From the IMG/VR virus record IMGVR_UViG_3300017971_000273: a DNA stretch of 64,000 nucleotides, one strand, 5' to 3'. Positions within the stretch are counted from its first letter, which is position 1. Each line of letters starts with the position of its first letter. Origin of the DNA: a virus. A model generated the notes under the pieces. The model did no database searches and was not told where the DNA came from. It worked only from the letters and a program-made list of their open reading frames with translations. Made by a program: the position numbers and the translations under genes. Below are positions 59,614-64,000 of this stretch, piece by piece.

Positions 59614-59694
59614 TTTTATTGGTGAAATAAAGGTTCTAATTCTATCAATAATTAGATAATAAGTGTGTATTTGTTTTTTGCGGAGGCGAAAATA

Positions 59695-59970
59695 ATGAAT
59701 AAAAACGGCAACGGAAAGGCCAAATTGCTTAAGTTCTGGGCACCCTGGTGCGTCCCTTGCACAGCTATGAAGCCAACAGTTGAAGCTGCTGTAGATGGAA
59801 TAGATATAGAGTTGGTGGATCTGAATGTTGATGAAGATCCCGATTCTGCAAGAGAATATAAAGTCAGATCAATTCCCACCCTTATCTTGGTTAAAGGGGA
59901 AGAGGTGGTGGACAGGCTTACTGGAAGAGCCTCTCTAGCTCAAGTTAGAGCGCTCCTTAGCCAAGCCTAA
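59695..59970 (+). CDS. thioredoxin
   Basis: FWAPWCVPC, VRSIPTL; GGAGG SD. Confidence 0.9.
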   Translation: MNKNGNGKAKLLKFWAPWCVPCTAMKPTVEAAVDGIDIELVDLNVDEDPDSAREYKVRSIPTLILVKGEEVVDRLTGRASLAQVRALLSQA

Positions 59971-59989
59971 GTCTGTATTGGAGAAAGTC

Positions 59990-60903
59990 ATGTCTAAATA
60001 CAAACTCCCCATTAAGGATTCTCTGGTTGTCGGCCATGTGGATCCCGATGGGGATTCTTTGTCTTCAATTAAAGCCGTAATAAATTATCTGCATGCCAAT
60101 GGTAAAAAGGCTGTAGCTAAAGTTGCGGGCTCTGCTCCCGAGCACTTGGCTTGGATTTTGCCCGAGTGCGATTTGGTTGAAGACATTCCCGATTGGGTGG
60201 AACAAACTATAGTTTTAGACTGTGCGCCCACAGCAGACCGAATAGGTTTTGAGGTTGGTGCCCCCATTATTAATATCGATCATCATATTACGCGCAAAGA
60301 AGATCACAGCACCAGGAAGAAGATCTATGTCCTGGATAGATGTTCAGTAGCAGCCGCACTCGTTTTAGATTTCGGTATTATAGACGATGTGCTATTGGTT
60401 GGCCTATACACGGACACTTTCTTTATGCGCTCTTGGAACGAAGTTCTAACTGTTGCAAAGAAACTAAAAGTGGGAGATGAAAGAGCAGAGGAAATTCTAT
60501 CTTCAATTAGGCCAACTCGATATATGCAGGCTCTTATAGGTCTCAAAAATGCCAAGCTACACAAGTGTAGGAACGGCTTTCTTATCGCTGAAGTTGACGA
60601 GAAAGATCCTGTGGTTGTGTCGGAGATTATGGACACCTTGTTTAGATACTCCGAAATGTCTGTCTTGTTGATGGAAATCACAAGGCAAGGTTGAGAACCT
60701 CTAATAAGCACCTGAAAGAAAGCGGCAATCTTGCTGCCATAGCTACGATACTCGGTGGTGGCGGCCATAACTTCGCTTCGGGCGCGGATGTAAGTGGAAA
60801 GAAAACCGCGCTGTTTGCTGTGGTTAAACAGCTCGATGTCCCCGCTATGATCATGGAAGCAGATGGCTACGAAGAACAGAAGAAAGAGAAGGAAGATGAT
60901 TAA
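59990..60903 (+). CDS. DHH-family phosphoesterase (NrnA-like), split by an apparent one-base deletion near 60654-60656
   Basis: GHVDPDGDSL, VLDC, IDHH, YTDT; DHHA1 GGGGHNFASGA in second frame. Confidence 0.85.
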
Positions 60904-61537
60904 TCTTTTGAAACAAACATTCAAAGTTCCATTAAGACTTCACTGGTCTGCGCTCATTCTGCCGCTTTTATTTGTGCTCAATCTTGGCTCCGTTGGACTC
61001 CTTTATTGGGTAATGCTTTTGGCTTGCCTACTATTCCATGAGTATGGGCACGTCTATGAAGCCATAAGGCAGGGCATCGAGCCGAAGTATGTTCTGGTTC
61101 ATGCGTTTGGCGGCTTAGCGGTGCTTGGAAAGATGAACCTTGCGGAGCCTCAAAAGGAAGCATGGATGGGGATTGCTGGGCCAGTAGCTTCCTTTTTCCT
61201 GGCGACCTTTACACTACCCTTCTTTCTTTTTACCGCAAACTATTATGTTGTAATGTTCCTTGTATTTAATATAGCCATTTGTTTCTTCAATCTCATTCCC
61301 GCCTATCCTATGGACGGTGGCAGGATCCTAAATGGCGTCCTTGCTTCTTTTGTTGGATACAGAAAGGCGATCAACGTCTCAGCTATAGTGTCTTATGTTC
61401 TTGCTGGTTGTGGCCTTATACTTTCGCTAATGAACGGCGCTATATGGTTGGCTATGATTTCTGGTTTGGTTGCTTATCTTGCCTACAGAAGTAAGCAGGG
61501 TGTTGAGAGACAGCTTGATGCGATTGGCCATGACTAA
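60896..61537 (+). CDS. site-2 protease (M50)
   Basis: FHEYGH, AGP, NLIPAYPMDGG. Confidence 0.9.
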   Translation: MINLLKQTFKVPLRLHWSALILPLLFVLNLGSVGLLYWVMLLACLLFHEYGHVYEAIRQGIEPKYVLVHAFGGLAVLGKMNLAEPQKEAWMGIAGPVASFFLATFTLPFFLFTANYYVVMFLVFNIAICFFNLIPAYPMDGGRILNGVLASFVGYRKAINVSAIVSYVLAGCGLILSLMNGAIWLAMISGLVAYLAYRSKQGVERQLDAIGHD

Positions 61538-61832
61538 TGATGATAAGGTTTGTCCGTTGTGTGAAAGAGAAGTGCCGGAACTTACAGAACATCACTTAGT
61601 TCCGCGAAGTCGTGGTGGCTTGGATACGGTGGGCATTTGTAGAGACTGTCACCGCCAGCTACATGCTCTGTTCAGCAACAAACTATTGGAAACGGAAATC
61701 AATACTTACGAAGCTATAATGGCTGTTGAGAGATTTGTTAAGTATATAAAGTGGGTTAAGAGAAGACCTTTTGGCGCAGTCCAGAAAGCCAAAAGGGCTA
61801 AGGATAGTAGGAACAGAGGGAGAGCAGGCTGA
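61530..61832 (+). CDS. small HNH endonuclease
   Basis: CPLC...HHLVPRSRGG...CRDCHRQLH. Confidence 0.85.
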   Translation: MTNDDKVCPLCEREVPELTEHHLVPRSRGGLDTVGICRDCHRQLHALFSNKLLETEINTYEAIMAVERFVKYIKWVKRRPFGAVQKAKRAKDSRNRGRAG

Positions 61833-61985
61833 TCTATCAATATTCTTCCATTATTATAGATATTTAATGGAGGTGTTTAAATGAGCTTTCTTTGGGGTTT
61901 GCTTGTAGGTCTTCCCGCAGGTGTATTTTTGTGGGAACTCGGTAAGGTTGCTCTTAAGAAAATTAGACAGTTGGGCGAAAAATAA

Positions 61986-62534
61986 ATGATAAAGCGGGAA
62001 GAACGCGAAGATCTTGTTGGACAAAAAAGCAAAATCATTTGGATCACGGGGTTGAGTGGTTCTGGTAAGACAACCATAGCCCGAGCGCTCGATGAATATT
62101 TACATCACGAAGGCATCTTGAGCTATGTTCTCGACGGAGATGTTCTAAGGAGTGGGCTCAATTCTAACCTTGGTCTAAGCGAAGAAGACAGAAATGAAAA
62201 CATACGCCGCGCCTATGAGGTCGCCAACATCTTGGCTGACTTGGGCGCGGTTGTTATTTGTGCCTTCATATCTCCGTATGTGGAGATGCGTGATGAGGCA
62301 AGGCAATCAGCTAAAGTTCCATTCATTGAAGTTTATCTGGACTGTCCCGTGGAAGAATGTGCGAAACGAGACCCGAAGGGTCTGTATGCCAAACATAAAG
62401 CTGGAGTAATAAAAGGGCTTACGGGAGTGGATGCTCCATATGAAAAACCTAAAAGCCCAGATTTGGTCTTAAAGACAAAGGAACAGAGTGTACAAAAATG
62501 TGTGGAAATCATTATGAATCTGATAAACAGTTAG
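61986..62534 (+). CDS. cysC: adenylyl-sulfate kinase
   Basis: WITGLSGSGKTT, LDGD, FISPY, RDPKGLY, TGVDAPYE. Confidence 0.95.
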   Translation: MIKREEREDLVGQKSKIIWITGLSGSGKTTIARALDEYLHHEGILSYVLDGDVLRSGLNSNLGLSEEDRNENIRRAYEVANILADLGAVVICAFISPYVEMRDEARQSAKVPFIEVYLDCPVEECAKRDPKGLYAKHKAGVIKGLTGVDAPYEKPKSPDLVLKTKEQSVQKCVEIIMNLINS

Positions 62535-62908
62535 AAGAGTTCTATGCCCTGAATGGAAGAGATTTTGATATGGGTGATAAAGACGCGATGTTTCGTCTTG
62601 CTGCTCATACTGGGCTGGATGTTGCTATTAAAGAACTGGCTGGTGAAGTAGATGTTAATCAGCGTGCTGGATATGCCCTGCGCTATGCATCCCTATATGG
62701 CCACAACAAGGTGGTAAAAACTCTCCTGGAAGCTGGAGCAGATGTTCATGCTGCTCAAGACTGTGCGATTGTCTGGGCTGCTGAGTTTGGACATATGGAC
62801 ACAGTAAGAACGCTGTTGAAGCACGGCGCTGTAAAAAGCGGTGAAGCATATCAGATGGCCAAAGAAAATGGCCATATGGAAATAGCAAGGCTCCTAGAAA
62901 ATGTGTAA
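62498..62908 (+). CDS. ankyrin-repeat protein
   Basis: ALRYASLYGHNKVVKTLLEAGAD; WAAEFGHMDTVRTLLKHGA; start uncertain. Confidence 0.85.
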   Translation: MCGNHYESDKQLEEFYALNGRDFDMGDKDAMFRLAAHTGLDVAIKELAGEVDVNQRAGYALRYASLYGHNKVVKTLLEAGADVHAAQDCAIVWAAEFGHMDTVRTLLKHGAVKSGEAYQMAKENGHMEIARLLENV

Positions 62909-62941
62909 TTAGAATAAACAACAGAAAGTTGAGGATGGATA

Positions 62942-64000
62942 GTGCCTGGAACCGTAGTAGTAGGATTACAATTTGGAGATGAAGGCAAGGGAAAAGTTAT
63001 TGATTATTTGGCCAAAGATGCTAATATGGTCGTTCGTTTTGCCGGTGGCCCGAACGCAGGCCACACGGTCGTAGTGGGTGAAAAGACTTACAAGTTGCAT
63101 CACATTCCGTCTGGAATTGTTCAGTATGCACTTGGAAACAGAGACTTTATTTGTGTCCTGGGGAATGGGATGGTGATTGATCCGGAGGGCTTGAGAGCAG
63201 AGCTTTTGAGTTTCATGAATATAAACAATCGAGGAAGGCCCATTCCAGGCGGCCTCCCGCTGCCTAAGAACTTCCGTATATCTGGCCAGGCACATATGAT
63301 CCTGCCCACTCACAGAGAGTTGGAGCAGTTGTCTGAAAACAGAAGGAAAGGAAACAAGATAGGCACAACCGGCAAGGGGATAAGCCAAGCATATAAAGAT
63401 AAGGCACTGAGATGTGGAATCAGGATGATGGACATGCTGCTTCCCTACGAAGAGCTTAAGAAGAAAGTTGAGCTTCACCTCCTTGAGAACAATTTCCTTA
63501 TGAGAAGAGCAGAGGAGCTTGCCCCTTGGATTAAGAGCTTCACCAAGTTCTTTGAGAGCTACATAGACAATGATACTTCTGTTCTAATCAACAATTATTT
63601 GTATGATCGCAATGTGCTATTTGAAGGAGCGCAAGGTGCTCTGCTTGACATAGACCACGGCACCTATCCCTTAGTGACCTCTTCTAACCCTGTCGCTGGA
63701 GCAGCCTGTACGGGCTCTGGAGTTGGCCCTACGAAGATTAGAGATGTTGTTGGTGTCTTCAAAGCATACACCACTCGCGTTGGTGCAGGGCCCTTTCCAA
63801 CCGTTTTGACTGACGCCAGCGGAGAGATGATCAGAGGTAGAGGTCATGAGTATGGAACCACAACTGGTAGGCCAAGAGATTGTGGTTGGCTGGACTTGGT
63901 GCCGTTATTCCATAGTTGTAGAATTAATGGGACCACACATCTGGCCATCACCAAGCTGGATGTGCTCGATGATTTCGATGAGATTAGAGTCTGTGTTGGA
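62942..64000 (+). CDS. purA: adenylosuccinate synthetase (truncated by window end)
   Basis: GTG start; QFGDEGKGK, GGPNAGHT, IGTTGKG, FEGAQG, GTYPLVTSS, TTRVGAGPFPT, TTGRPRDCGWLD. Confidence 0.95.
   Translation, partial: MPGTVVVGLQFGDEGKGKVIDYLAKDANMVVRFAGGPNAGHTVVVGEKTYKLHHIPSGIVQYALGNRDFICVLGNGMVIDPEGLRAELLSFMNINNRGRPIPGGLPLPKNFRISGQAHMILPTHRELEQLSENRRKGNKIGTTGKGISQAYKDKALRCGIRMMDMLLPYEELKKKVELHLLENNFLMRRAEELAPWIKSFTKFFESYIDNDTSVLINNYLYDRNVLFEGAQGALLDIDHGTYPLVTSSNPVAGAACTGSGVGPTKIRDVVGVFKAYTTRVGAGPFPTVLTDASGEMIRGRGHEYGTTTGRPRDCGWLDLVPLFHSCRINGTTHLAITKLDVLDDFDEIRVCVG

Noticed and set aside
61530-61832. Mobile homing endonuclease
   Set aside because: About 100 aa stand-alone HNH with no extra DNA-binding domain, not interrupting any gene
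62942-64000. PurZ (2-aminoadenine DNA pathway)
   Set aside because: Retains the PurA catalytic Asp in GDEGKG and the Arg in TTGRPR; PurZ has Ser/Thr and a non-Arg residue at these positions

Overview
Gene-dense segment in which every credible gene lies on the + strand, most with strong AGGAGG-type ribosome binding sites and overlapping stop/start codons, in standard genetic code. There are many short hypothetical ORFs, no virion or core replication genes other than a DNA ligase, and a collection of isolated host-like genes (bS21, IF-3, peptide deformylase, GroEL, GroES-like, Hsp20, Lon, CCA-adding enzyme, CysC, PurA). This pattern best fits the accessory/host-takeover region of a jumbo (huge) bacteriophage; that is inferred from gene content, not proven. 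Main points: (1) a complete ubiquitin-like conjugation cassette, Ubl - unknown - E2 - JAB - E1 (PRTRC-like), at 35.6-39.5 kb; (2) all four enzymes of a deamidating NAD+ salvage route (PncA-like, PncB, NadD, NadE); (3) a eukaryote-type WGR-PARP with an intact H-Y-E triad, plus a macrodomain; (4) two Ser/Thr kinase-vWA modules, including a TerY-P-like triad and a DnaJ-kinase fusion. Three conserved genes are each split by one missing base in a homopolymer, probably a sequencing artefact. No tRNA, rRNA or CRISPR array was recognised. All family assignments come from motif recognition by eye, without database searches.
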